A stretch of 64,000 nucleotides of DNA from Octopus bimaculoides (GCF_001194135.2 NC_068982.1:119128637-119192636); one strand, 5' to 3'; counted from the stretch's first letter, positions 1 to 13,800 are shown. Numbers and translations: made by a program. Notes: generated from the sequence alone by a model not told the origin.

Positions 1-475
1 ATAAAATGTTCAATTAACAGCATTTATGTAAAAATAGCGGTTGTATTAAAAAAAAAATATAAATTAGTGGTTGTTTAATGGTAATTATATGTATATTCTA
101 TTTAACAATGTGATAGGTATTTTAGATTAATAATAAGAGTTTAGGTAATTTTTAAATGGTATAATTACAAACTAAAGGGGACAATTGATTAAATATATAC
201 TTATATAATGGTATTAAATATGGCTTTAATGAATAAGTATACTATCATCGTTGATTTAAAATCTTGGTTATATGGGTGTCCTTAATGTTGAACATTTTAA
301 GTGGTGGAGTCCTGAATATGATGCTGAGAACTAATAGACAATTTCTTATTTCAATGTATGTGTATACATGGACGAAAAAATTTGAATTTACCAAGATTAT
401 TTTACGAGTGTGATAGAAATATAATGAACCAAGTAGCTATTATATTTTTGCTTCTTCATTTTCATTTAATAAATT

Positions 476-525
<50 letters not shown>

Positions 526-530
526 CATAC

Positions 531-668
531 ACGACGACTGACTTCTTTCATTTTCCGCCTAACAAATCCACTCACAAGGCTTTCAACGGCACGAGATACC
601 ACGCAATGGGACTGAACTTAGACCCATGTAGTTGGGAAACAAGCTTCTTACCACATAGTCACGCCAGC
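531..668 (-). mobile_element. tRNA-derived SINE family A (CORE-like), internally deleted copy
   Basis: Matches the full copies at 51748-52159 and 61504-61921 (CTTCTTTCA...AAATCCACTCACAAGGCTTT...GGGACTGAAC...CTTACCACA). Confidence 0.85.
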
Positions 669-674
669 ATCTAT

Positions 675-758
675 ATACATACATGCATACATACATACAT
701 ACACACACACACGCACACACACATATATATATATTATATATATATTATATATACACAT

Positions 759-791
<33 letters not shown>

Positions 792-872
792 TAGACAGAC
801 AGATAGATAGATAGATAGATAGATACATAGATAGATAGATAGATAGATAGGCAGATAGATAGATAGATAGAT
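675..872. repeat. Compound microsatellite (ACAT)n/(CA)n/(TA)n/(AGAC)n/(AGAT)n
   Basis: Directly visible tandem units; representative of dozens of similar arrays across the window. Confidence 0.95.
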
Positions 873-1502
873 GTGTATGTGTGATGTATTTGCTCGCGCT
901 CGTGTACATTCAAATTTGTAGTATAAGATATGGATTTATGAAATCATAGAAAGCTCCTATAAACGACGTGGCTATCAGACCATATAATAATCAAATACAG
1001 GGATGTACAATGCAACGTGTCCATCCAGCAGAAATCCAAAAGGACCTAATCAATGAAATTATTTCGCGTGGGGTATACAAACCATAAATTTTCAGGATGT
1101 ATGAGAGTGAAATATATTTGTTTAACCGCTTGATATTATTATGATAACGGCTGTATAGTATACTATGCACTATATAACGCAATAGTATATTAACTCATTA
1201 ATGCAAATAAAGAGAGCTAACCCATTCGTTTACCAAAGCAACTACGCATATAAATTATTCCCTTTATATATACAATGTATGGAACCTCGAAATTAGCTTG
1301 GTTTGTTCAGCAACTATAAAGATACGCTGTTTCATATGAATGAAGGTGCTAAGTAGAAGCTCAGGGAATTAAGAATCCTTAATATTAAAAAGCAAGAAGG
1401 GATAAAGAGTGGAAGTAAAGTAGCTAAAGTAAATATATTAATAATAAAGATCTTAAAAAGTATATGAAATGATATATAACGGAAAAATATACACATATAC
1501 GC

Positions 1503-1612
1503 GCAGGAGTGACTGCGTGGTAAGAAACTTGCATCACAACCACATCATTTGGAATCAGCCTGACTCCAAAATGGTTTTATATGCCTTATTTCGGCCTCGG
1601 GGATAAAGCTGA
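1503..1612 (+). mobile_element. SINE family A, degenerate 5' head
   Basis: GCAGGAGTGACTGCGTGGTAAGAAACTTGC...CAACCACAT resembles the family A head. Confidence 0.6.
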
Positions 1613-1885
1613 AAAAGTGTGACACTGACATTCACATTTAGTATATTAGATTTGTTTCATTTATGGGAAACTGTATTTCAGTTAAAGTGTATTTTGTGTG
1701 TGTATGTGTGTGTATGTGTATGAAAATCGCGTGTAAAAACTGGTAGTGCCTGGGAAAAGAAAGCAAAAGATAGCCACAAAGAACTAAGTGATTGTCAAGG
1801 GGAGGTAAACCCCTAGCGGATATAGACAAATCGACGATTTCGGATGTTGATGCAGAACATCTTAATTCTTATGAGTGACACTTAC

Positions 1886-1976
1886 CGCGCCTAGTGGTAA
1901 ACTCAACACCTTTTGTCAGTCTTATAAGAAAACCGTTGGAACTCATACGCTGATTACAAAACGGTAAAATTCTAAA
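1886..1976 (-). other. Candidate 91-nt exon (phase 0 to 1)
   Basis: TTTTTTTGTAG acceptor, GTAAGT donor, open frame FRILPFCNQRMSSNGFLIRLTKGVEFTTRR; no recognised homology. Confidence 0.2.
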
Positions 1977-2721
1977 CTACAAAAAAATATGAGTGGCTTC
2001 TTAGCAATGTAACAACTTAAAGGCAAATTCATAGACATCACTAATATGACAGAGGGTACTAATTAATACCTTCTGTGACTTCAGTTAAATTGGTAATAAG
2101 CCACCCATATTAATTTGTATATATATGTAAATTAATATGAATAGCTAGGTGCAATGTGATACCTTAAAGGAAAAATATAAACATCAGTAAACATGACTAA
2201 GGGTGTCAAGACATTTATATTTCTGGAAATAAAAGATGAAATGCTCCTAATGCTTTATGAAAAGCACATAAATATATATTTATATATATANNNNNNNNNN
2301 NNNNNNNNNNNNNNNNNNNNNNNNNNNNNNNNNNNNNNNNNNNNNNNNNNNNNNNNNNNNNNNNNNNNNNNNNNATATATATATATATATATATATAAAC
2401 ATATATATGCTGACAAATGGTAATGATTGTGAAAATAGATGCAATGCTGCGTAATATACTTTTTAATATAGTTGTCATAGAAACGGTCAAACAGGTGAAT
2501 ATTTTTTCGCAATATGTAAATATAGAAACAATGACAATGTACAGTTGTCCAATTTGATGGGGGTTTTTTCTTCTTCTTTTGTGATTTTTATAGGTTTTCG
2601 TTATGGTACTGGGTCAGAAATTGCGTATCACAAGTTTGTTAGCTTGCATTGTGGATATGGATAATGGGGGAAACTGAAATACTGGTTCTTGCTAAATGGC
2701 ATTTAATATTAAGCAAACAGA

Positions 2722-2940
2722 GAGCGGTGAGGTAGCAGAAACGTAAGCCCACCGGTCAAATTGCTTAGCGGCATCTCATCCGTCTCTACGTTCTGAATTC
2801 AAACTCCGCCGAGGTCGCCTTTGCCTTCCATCAATTCGTGTTTGATAAAATAAGTAGCAGTTAAATACCGGGGTCGATGTGATCGACTCGACTCTTCCGC
2901 AGACCTGGCTGGTTTTGTGCCAAAACTTGGAACTAATATT
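2722..2940 (+). mobile_element. tRNA-derived SINE family B (Meta-domain-like)
   Basis: GCGGTGAG...GTTCTGAATTCAAACTCCGCCGAGGTCGCCTTTGCCTTCCATC...GATAAAATAAGTA...GGGGTCGATGTGATCGAC; many paralogues in the window. Confidence 0.85.
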
Positions 2941-3091
2941 AAGAGAACAGAGCCTAGAGGATGTGTGCATGTAGGGTAGACACTAGATATAGCAACAATT
3001 GGTTTACGCGGGCTCATACACACATGAAGACACAGATATGTGCATATTCATAAACACACTTACATAGAGAGAAAGACTGATAGATAGAGAA

Positions 3092-3176
<85 letters not shown>

Positions 3177-4065
3177 CAGAAAGAAAGAAAAAAGACAGGA
3201 AGAAAGAAAGCAAGAAAGAATGAAAGCAGATAAGGCGTTACAAAGCTAGCCTATATCATACAATACACAGATATGTGTGTGCATATCCGTGTGTGAATGG
3301 ATAATTTTACATAAAGAAAATGAGAAAGAATAAGAGAGATATACACATGCATATACGAAAATGTATAATCTTCACAATTCAACAGGTGCATGTGGAACAG
3401 CGAAAAGGAAAACAATGACATATCCATTCATTCTTAATAAGTTGTGGCAGATTTGAACGTGAATGTCAGATCACTGTTGTTCAGTATTTTTAATCGTAAT
3501 CCGAGGTTTCTTCCCTTAGAGCAATGTGTTTTCATAATACATGAAATTCACCTGTGGTAGAGGACTAAGGAAATAAGTAATTTAAACTAATCAGTGTCGA
3601 AAGTTTTCGTTATTTAAATCAGCGTCAACTGAATTCTGATGAACTATATATGGTGAAACTCATCTGGCTAGTTTCTCATAAGAAGTTGCCTAAAATGAGT
3701 GATGGATCCAACAAACTTTCACACTGAGTTAATGTAATTAAAACATCTAGATAGCGCGCGCGCACACTAATACAGACACATAAATACATACATACATACA
3801 TACATACAAACGTACATACATAAACATATACAATATGTATTAGTATAACTCTCTATATATACATATTTATTATACATGTTGTATCGATATGCTAGTAATT
3901 AATGCGGAGCCTTCAACAGTATGGCTTCATTCACATGACATTCGCAATCTTCTTTAGATTTTAATAAGCTTTTCACTGCTAGCAGTCAGTAGTGTGGAAA
4001 CGAGATGTATCTGAATAGCGATTCACGTAGTATGACATGTACTCATATACACATACATACATACA

Positions 4066-4099
<34 letters not shown>

Positions 4100-4312
4100 C
4101 ATACATACACACATACATACGTATGTGTTTGTGTGTTTGTGTGTGTGTGTGTGTGTGTTTGTGTGTTTGTGTGTGTGTGTGTGTGTTTGTGAGAGTCTGT
4201 GATAGGATAAACAAGTCTTTGGAAAAGAAAAAAATAAGATCAGCGCTAATGCACATACATACATATATACATACACACACACTCACTCAACACACGAATA
4301 CATACACACACA

Positions 4313-4358
<46 letters not shown>

Positions 4359-5093
4359 CATGAATGCATATGCTTGTGTATTTATGCGAGTATCAAAGAC
4401 AGTGAATTCCTTCGTATGCTTCTTGCTCTATAATCATAAATTTTCGTTTACAAATATAAGCGTGTCATCGTATACGTCTACCTGCTGACGTTCATGTTTC
4501 GGTTTGTGTGTTACTATATACGTATATATATTCACAAATACAAACATATAGATACCCACACACAAAATAGGCGCACAGACGCACACTCACGCACACTAAC
4601 TCACATACGCACACACAACACACACATACATAGACACACACAAACACAGGCACACATTGATATAAGATGCGCTGGCTTGTTGGTGTGCCAATACACAGGT
4701 GCGCAGTAGGTTTACGACGTGTCCTACATATGCACATACTAACCAGTATATTCTCATACACACACATATATACAGGGACAAAGAGAACATAGAGAAGATA
4801 GAGCACCCAAGCCAAATACGTATCGGTGTGTTTGTTTGCATGTGCGTGCTTCTGTGTGTTTGTGTGTGTTCATGTGTATGTGATTGCGTGTCTGTGTGTG
4901 TGAAATTTACACAGAGTGGAAAACAAAATCAGAAACTTCCGTACACATATGAAAAATATAGAATCTATGCAAATAAACAAATATACGTCGATAGTGTACA
5001 CATGCGCATACATAAACGCATCAGAGATATGTAGATACATACATATACACACACACATATATATGTGTGTATACATATATATGTATGTGTGTA

Positions 5094-5126
<33 letters not shown>

Positions 5127-6465
5127 TACAAAAAGCGGACATCTTCACATAGCGAGGCTATGTTGTATGCACACTCGGAAGAATATCAAATACACGCATT
5201 TATATATATTTTTTTATAACTAAATTGACCAAAAACACAGTGTCTAATGAGTACCTCATATTCCCCTCCATTTTCTTATTGCTATATACATTTAGGGTAA
5301 AATAACCGCCTTTTAACCAAACCCACTTATTGCACTTCGTATAACACTAGTGTAACAATAATTGGGTACACTCCTAGCAGCATATAGGATAGATATTATC
5401 CCTTAGTGGGTTGGACCCTCAACCCCTAATTCTCTTGGGTATACATATATNNNNNNNNNNNNNNNNNNNNNNNNNNNNNNNNNNNNNNNNNNNNNNNNNN
5501 NNNNNNNNNNNNNNNNNNNNNNNNNNNNNNNNNNNNNNNNNNNNNNNNNNNNNNNNNNNNNNNNNNNNNNNNNNNNNNNNNNNNNNNNNNNNNNNNNNNN
5601 NNNNNNNNNNNNNNNNNNNNNNNNNNNNNNNNNNNNNNNNNNNNNNNNNNNNNNNNNNNNNNNNNNNNNNNNNNNNNNNNNNNNNNNNNNNNNNNNNNNN
5701 NNNNNNNNNNNNNNNNNNNNNNNNNNNNNNNNNNNNNNNNNNNNNNNNNNNNNNNNNNNNNNNNNNNNNNNNNNNNNNNNNNNNNNNNNNNNNNNNNNNN
5801 NNNNNNNNNNNNNNNNNNNNNNNNNNNNNNNNNNNNNNNNNNNNNNNNNNNNNNNNNNNNNNNNNNNNNNNNNNNNNNNNNNNNNNNNNNNNNNNNNNNN
5901 NNNNNNNNNNNNNNNNNNNNNNNNNNNNNNNNNNNNNNNNNNNNNNNNNNNNNNNNNNNNNNNNNNNNNNNNNNNNNNNNNNNNNNNNNNNNNNNNNNNN
6001 NNNNNNNNNATATATATATCTTTCAATTACATGCGTTCTTGTCTAGTATGTTTGACGATGTTAGTATGTTGCTCATATTAGAAATCAAAGAATTTAACTA
6101 TAAATGTGGCACTAAGTGACTATTAGACATTCTGGCTGAATGTAAGATATGTAACCAAACGAAAAAAAAAACGCAAATGAATATCTATGATTGGTGTTAG
6201 AGCCCTATGAATCTACAATCGTTGCTGAATAATACCTCTTCCATGGAGTATCATATCTTTCCCTCTCATCAAGGAACATAAGTGAATATTGATGTGTGAG
6301 GATAGAGAAATGAGTCAGTTTCATCATCCAGGCTACCGATAAAACTTTGCTTGTCTATGGGACCTACTTTTACAGTGATGTTACATACGCGTAGATCAGT
6401 GAATAATTTCACTGGAAAAAGTTATATATATATTTGCAAAGGAACGTCTTTCTCATCGAAGGTCG

Positions 6466-6524
6466 GCGGTTGTCGTACGCTGAAGACGGGTAAATACCCA
6501 GAAACTCGAGTCCGTACGTATCGC
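6466..6524 (+). ncRNA. Minimal type I hammerhead ribozyme
   Basis: Stem I CGTACG(6474-79)/CGTACG(6513-18); core CTGAAGA (6480-86); stem II GGGT-AAAT-ACCC; GAAAC (6501-05); palindromic loop TCGA; cleavage triplet GTC (6510-12); distal stem I GCGGT/ATCGC. Confidence 0.8.
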
Positions 6525-7194
6525 AGATTGAGATGGGAAGGATGACTTCCCTTTGAAAATATATACAGGACACAGATGTGTGTTGATAGCCAGCTGGCGG
6601 AGATGTTCTCCTGGGGCTGAAAGCAACAGTAACATCCACCCTTAGGGGTCAGCCACATTTAAGTGGCAAATATACTTCACCTTATTTATNNNNNNNNNNN
6701 NNNNNNNNNNNNNNNNNNNNNNNNNNNNNNNNNNNNNNNNNNNNNNNNNNNNNNNNNNNNNNNNNNNNNNNNNNNNNNNNNNNNNNNNNNNNNNNNNNNN
6801 NNNNNNNNNNNNNNNNNNNNNNNNNNNNNNNNNNNNNNNNNNNNNNNNNNNNNNNNNNNNNNNNNNNNNNNNNNNNNNNNNNNNNNNNNNNNNNNNNNNN
6901 NNNNNNNNNNNNNNNNNNNNNNNNNNNNNNNNNNNNNNNNNNNNNNNNNNNNNNNNNNNNNNNNNNNNNNNNNNNNNNNNNNNNNNNNNNNNNNNNNNNN
7001 NNNNNNNNNNNNNNNNNNNNNNNNNNNNNNNNNNNNNNNNNNNNNNNNNNNNNNNNNNNNNNNNNNNNNNNNNNNNNNNNNNNNNNNNNNNNNNNNNNNN
7101 NNNNNNNNNNNNNNNNNNNNNNNNNNNNNNNNNNNNNNNNNNTTTACTCTGTGTCTAATATATACATACGTATATGTACATACTTACATCTATA

Positions 7195-7270
<76 letters not shown>

Positions 7271-7387
7271 CATGCATATGTGGGCACATGACGTCACGAG
7301 ACGTGTACAGAAAATTAGTACGAAGCACGAGTGCATGGAACATGAAATGTTCTTGGGAACAACGAATGACACAAATGGGAAACAAAA

Positions 7388-7548
7388 GACGGGCTTATTT
7401 TGGCTTCCTTTACCAAATCCACTCACAAGTATTTCGTCGGCCTGAGATTATCGTAGAAGACACTCTCCCAAGTTGCCACATAGTGGGACCGAACCCAGAA
7501 CCATGTGGTAGGGAAGCAAGCTACTTACCGCACAGCCACTTCTGTGCC
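7388..7548 (-). mobile_element. SINE family A, 5' half
   Basis: ACCAAATCCACTCACAAG...AGAAGACAC...CCCAAG.TGCCAC..AGTGGGACCGAACCC...CTTACCGCACAGCCAC. Confidence 0.9.
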
Positions 7549-8729
7549 TATTACCCCACAATCTCCAGTTCTTTGGCAACATCTTTCACTGTTTTAATAT
7601 CATGCAAAAATGGAAAATAGATAGATAGATAGGTAGATAGATAGATACTGGGATATATGTGTAGATACAGGTAAAGATGAAGTGTCGAATTTGTGATACA
7701 TGTGGTCAAAAACTGTGATGGGTTGAGCATCAATACATCCGATGTGTTTGTTCCTGTTTTTCCTACCTTGCTTTGCCACTCATCCCGTGTGTATGTGTGT
7801 TCGGAGTGCGCGTGCACGATTGCGGGTGTGTGCGCGTGCACGATTGGGGGTATGTGTGCATGTGTGAATGAATGAATGTATAATCGGAGCCGAGTAGCAG
7901 TCGAAGGCTAATTCTCAAATACTTCAGTTTCTTAACAATGTAAAATTGCATTTAACATTTTAATACCTATTTCTTATTTTTTAAATCTAAAAGGAGATAA
8001 CTATCAATAACTTTGTCAGAAACTTTTTTCGTGATTGAATCAGTGTGAACCTTAGTGTGAAAGTAGATTGAACATGTTAGAATATATAAATGGAAATATG
8101 TAACATTCGTCAAATGAAGGTGAAACGAGAAACCGCGACTTCAGTGCATAGATCAACGTGCTTATATGTAAGTTTTCTTTAAATGTTGATCTCTAAAGTT
8201 AAATCTCATTCGTCAAACTCAAAACTTCTTACGTAAAACTTTAATGACAATCCGACTGAAATGAAAAATTACTTTAGTACTCAGCGAAAGAATTTAATTA
8301 AAACCGAAATAAGTCTGCTTAATTCCAAAAGATAGAAGTTAGATGAGAAGAAAACTAATAGAAAAGCAGAAAATATCTGGAGAATTTTCAATGAAATTTT
8401 AGAAATAATAAAAAGAAAATTAGTCCATTTCCATAATACCAAAAATAAAAACAGAAAATGAAATAGAGAATAATATTTTTATTATTTAGGAGAGTTTATT
8501 CGGGATTTTGTATTTGCTTTTAATATTTTCTGTTATAATTTCTTTCGATTTAGTGACGAATAAGTTTTGAAATATGTTATCCACACACTATCTTAACATC
8601 TTTGTCTCTATCTCATCTACACACGCATAGGTCTGAAGAAACTCGCCTACACACATACATACATACATACATACATACATGCAAACATATATACGTATAT
8701 ACATAGTTATACATGTGTGTGTGTGTGTG

Positions 8730-8760
<31 letters not shown>

Positions 8761-8903
8761 CTATGCAGACATATGAGTGAATATGCATGCGTGACCGTGT
8801 ATGTCGGTTGTTACACAGAAGCACATATAGAAGCACAGATGAACACACACGCTCATATATATGTATGTATATAATATATATATATACAAATATATGTATA
8901 TAG

Positions 8904-9021
<118 letters not shown>

Positions 9022-10079
9022 ATACACATACGTATATATACATATTTTTATATACGTATGTATATATTTAAAGAGAGAGAAGGGGAGAGAAAGAGAGAAA
9101 GTGGGAAAGGGAGTGATATTTGTGCTTGCATATATATGTGATAACTGAATTAATTGCCTGTAAATGCGTGAGTATGGGTTACTGTATATCTGCGAGAGTG
9201 TTCGTATGAGCGTGTGTAAGTTTGCATACGTGTGTGAATATATAAATTGTATATAAATCCTCGAAATCTCATTGAGTTGACATGAAGTGATTTTTTTTTT
9301 TTTAATTCTTTCATAAATTTTTCTCTGCGATATTTCTTTGAAATCTCTGGATATTTTCTTCAATTTTCATTACTTTTTAATTATATCCATGACTTAATGT
9401 TTACCATTTATTTATCACTACATTGATATTGTTTTTACCTCCATTCTTCTTGTCACCAGANNNNNNNNNNNNNNNNNNNNNNNNNNNNNNNNNNNNNNNN
9501 NNNNNNNNNNNNNNNNNNNNNNNNNNNNNNNNNNNNNNNNNNNNNNNNNNNNNNNNNNNNNNNNNNNNNNNNNNNNNNNNNNNNNNNNNNNNNNNNNNNN
9601 NNNNNNNNNNNNNNNNNNNNNNNNNNNNNNNNNNNNNNNNNNNNNNNNNNNNNNNNNNNNNNNNNNNNNNNNNNNNNNNNNNNNNNNNNNNNNNNNNNNN
9701 NNTATATATATATATATATATGTATATGTATATATACATATATATATATATACACACACACACACCCACATATTCTTGGGAATAATACAGACACATAAAT
9801 ATCATGTGTGTGCGCGTGTGTGGATTTTTGCGTGTGTCTGTGTGTGTCTACAAATAGCGCTGAGTACGTCATGTAGATAAATATTTCTAGCTCACAAAGT
9901 GATGACTCTTGGAGTCGTTACTCCCAATTCCATTACCATATAGAGAGGTCCCTATTCCTTCAGATGCTAGCTATTATTTTAGATTTGAAATCCTTCAGTT
10001 TGAAACATGTTTTCTTATCCTTCGATCATATGCTGGACGTCTACTAAATATGACAGATCATAAATGACAAAATGATACA

Positions 10080-10860
10080 CAGCTACCAAAATTACTGGGT
10101 GATGTTGATTGACTTATGGTGCTGGTGAGAGTTAAGAAAACCTTGATATACCTCCAAGTAATTTTCTGATTCGGTTGTTGGAAGTTAGATTGGAGAATGC
10201 TTCGTTACGAGGGCAGAAATACATCCTTTTCTGATTTCTTGAGTGATATTTTGCGGCTCTCCAGCTACTCAAATTAATTAATCAAGCATAAGCGGCAATT
10301 AACTTTTCCACTCTTTTATGGAAGCCCTGTCATCGGTATTCCTGTTTATTTTAGAATTTTCATGTTTCCTGTCGCTAATCTTCCATGCGAAACAGAAAAG
10401 GCAGAGCCGTTCTCGTTTTCTCTAGGCACAAGCTGTCGAAGATTTTAACTAACGCTCCTCTCAAGTCGTTTACAAATGCATCATATATTTCTTCTGCATT
10501 TGCTTGTTCGAGGTGAAGTAACTTTGTATTTATGAAGTTAGAGAAGCAAGTGGACACGTTGTTCGATCTCGGTGATTTTTGCTGGTTGTAAGCTGTAGGT
10601 AATAAATTACTGTATTTCCAGCTATGGTACAAAATGTGAGAGATATTGTTTAAGAAAACATTGTGTGAATTGAAAAGTGTAGATGGGAAAGTGTTCCTTG
10701 AGAGTGGCAGAAATGTCTTAGAAATAATATGCTATTTGGTGGAACAAAACAAAATGACCTCTTCGGATGCGGAGCAGACAGGGGTTCTGCTTACTAATTC
10801 TCCATAAAGGTGAACTTTGTTACAACATAATAGTGGAATACGACATTTTCAGACTTTCGT
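10080..10860 (-). mobile_element. Degenerate L1/Tx1-like LINE ORF2 fragment (end of endonuclease, linker, RT N-terminus)
   Basis: Minus-strand peptides HSWKYSNLL (cf. WKLNxSLL), PFLFRMED (cf. YFFRLEK) and NITQEIRKGCISALVTKHSP (cf. ITxEEIxxAIxxLxxxKSPG) in the expected order; stops and frameshifts. Confidence 0.5.
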
Positions 10861-13800
10861 TGTTGAGGTTAATTTTAAAGTTGTTCTCATTAATTCTTCT
10901 TCGAGGTTTCTGATTATAGATGATTCTTAACTGCATTCGCAGATAAATTAAATCACATGAATATTACAAACTGACAATTTTCCCGTAACGCTAAAAAATT
11001 ATATAGTGGCCTATGTTTCAGTATGCGTGCTTGTATTGGCTAATTATTCTGTCCGTCATTCCATTCATTAGCTTTCATCTTTATTTTTAATGGCTGTAAA
11101 ACTATCACCAGTAGCCAAAAAGTGAAGTGTATAACCGTTAAAGTTGCTTGTTCTCCTTTTGATTTGGATGCCATTTTAATGTATCTCATTCACATTTTAT
11201 ATTTGCTTCATTATGGCTCGACATTCTGAAAGATATTTTTGAATCTGCTTCACCATCCAATATAGGTCAGTCTTGACCATGTGTGAGACTATGTATGTTT
11301 GTTAGTGTGTACGTATATGTATTATTTGTACATTTTATAGGTTTTCTACCTATAAAACACTTGTGTTGGTTGTATTTTATGTCAATTTTATTATCATATA
11401 TCTAATGATTTGAATAATCAATCAATCGTTTAATTAATTAGTCAACTGAATGCTTTATGGAAGTCCTTTTCTCACACCCTGCAAAACTATCCATGGCTGT
11501 CCATGAATGTAGTTTTCGTGGATCAAGAAGCTTCTCAAATCATTAATTCATAAAACAGTAAGACGATAGCAATGAAATTAATCTTCATCATGCCCTTGTG
11601 ATTTTTACTCTCATAATAAACCTTTCAGCTGGTAAAATTTGTGATTCAGTATTTTTAACATAACCTTTCACTTTAATGATCTTGACAAACACAGCTGCAT
11701 ATATACATCTACGAGTTATGAGTGTGTGTATATGTGTGTGCGTGTGTAGTCGTGTGCATTCGTGTGTCCATGTGTGTATTTATATGCATGTTTTATGGTG
11801 TTATGTATAATGGCAGTTGAAATTATGCTGTCGTACACATCTATGAAAGAAGGAAAACAAATCCTATATTTTTTTCAGTAGTTTCGCATTCCTTTTAATA
11901 AATGTACCGAGTTGTTTTGAATAAATAAAATTATGCGATCAAATTTAATGTTTTGTTAATGATATTGTATATAAGCTCGCATATTTTATTCTACGTCATT
12001 TCATAGACATAGAAGTATATATTTTAAAGTACAGTACCTTACGAGTTACTTTATTCATGTTGCATTTGTAATTCGAGTTCCAGTATTGAGTTACACAATG
12101 TAGCTACTAGAAATGCATCTATAGGGACACAAATAGAACTAGAAACTTTAGATTTGACTCGTTTATTCTATGTATCTACTTAAATGTTTCACAAATTATG
12201 CATCTGTATCCAAGCATAAATGTTTTCAGCATTCGCATTTCTTGTTACTTAACGGGAGATCTGCCCTGGTCTAGTAGAACTATTATGTATCTCTATCACT
12301 TGCTCTGAAATTGAAGTTTCATGAAGGAATGTGCATGTACGCATCTATGAGTGTGTGTGTCTGTGTGTGTGTGTGTGTGTGTGTACCTTAGGTTTTTGTC
12401 TTTCGAACGGGCAAACGTCACTCTTCAAGAAATGCAGGTGATCATGAATATCGGATTTCCTTGGAGATATTCTTCTCCTTCTTAGCTTCTAAGAGCTAAC
12501 ATATATGATACTTCTTGCTTTGATTACTAGGGTGTTGATTTAATTTAGTTTAGACTGCAAGATAATGCCGTCGGATTTATATCGATTAACCACTATGTAA
12601 AACTATACAATCCTTCATCGTGGATTTCAGAAAAGTCTTTCACAAGTCTTTCAGAGATTGAATTTGCTTTGTAAAAGATAGATAGTATTTATATTTGACC
12701 GAAAACCTCGGCTATTCTGTAATATAACATGAAAATTTATAGCGTTAGATGTGTCAAGGATTACATACATTCACGAATAAAAACGTATAAAAGTGTAAAC
12801 ACACAAATATTTGAAAATTTTTATTTATGTGTTTCAGCCAAGTGGCTGCGGTCATGCTGGTGCACCACCGTGAGGTGCACCAGCATGTTTATTTCACTGT
12901 TTACATTTCCATATATACCCATATGTGTATATTTCTCTGTATCCAATTTTTTTTTATCTGTATTTTCTGTCCTTCTTTAACTTTCCTTTCGTTTCAATTT
13001 GTAATCCTCGTTTACCACGTATACATTAACTAATGATTTTTTTTCTTATTGCTTATTGCATTAGATTTGTTTCTTACAATAACAGTTAAAATCTACCAGC
13101 TATTTCTTTCTCCTTTCGTCCTTGCATTGATTATTTGTCTCTCGTTTTCTTACATTAACATCAACGTTTCTCTATTATTTACACAATTTTTTCCTTGATA
13201 TTTTTAACATTATACGCTGAGTTTTCCGCAGTAGGAATTCAAAGCATAATTATCTTATAACAATAGTTTTGATACATATTATTTTCTCTAAATCTATCAT
13301 CCTTTACAGAATCAACAAAGGAGTCACAATGCAATTGCTATCCACTTCTAGCAAGAGTAAGGAAAGCATCTTCAAATAACATTCTCTAACCTTACAAAAC
13401 ATACTATAGGTAATGTGATCCTGGATATGCTATCACGAAAAGACAAGATCTTCATAGCTGAAACGCCTTTGATATAAACACTTCCTAATTAGAGCTGAAA
13501 TCTAAATACATACCCCCACTGATAATGAATTAAAGAGGTCATTTTTAAGTGGTTGAATTAGTAGCCAAACACATTTGCATCGGAGATTATCGCTTTTAAA
13601 AAGACATTGATCCAGTATTATCCAGAATCTGTAACAATGTGGTGGTAATATTAATGCTACAGTGTGAATTTAGCAAAAGGTTCACTTGGGACTGAAATAC
13701 GACTTGCTTTAATGTAGTGGCACATTTTCCACTGTGGGGGACATAATACTAATTTGTGTTTTGATATAAGAAATTCTGCATTAGAACAATCCCATTTATG

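Noticed and set aside
1001-1345. Two plus-strand exon-like segments (GCTMQRVHPAEIQKDLINEIISRG; NYKDTLFHMNE)
   Set aside because: Weak donors and mutually incompatible phases; no recognisable protein.
1831-1870. Minus-strand GATGTT/AACATC stem with GAAA and GTC
   Set aside because: The CUGANGA core is absent; at most a decayed hammerhead.
11333-11357. 10-bp hairpin TTTTATAGGT/ACCTATAAAA
   Set aside because: Short and AT-rich, with no element boundaries to support a Helitron or terminator call.
13514-13628. 115-nt exon-like segment on the minus strand (FWIILDQCLFKSDNLRCKC...)
   Set aside because: Splice sites are plausible, but one open frame of this length is common by chance; not listed as a feature.
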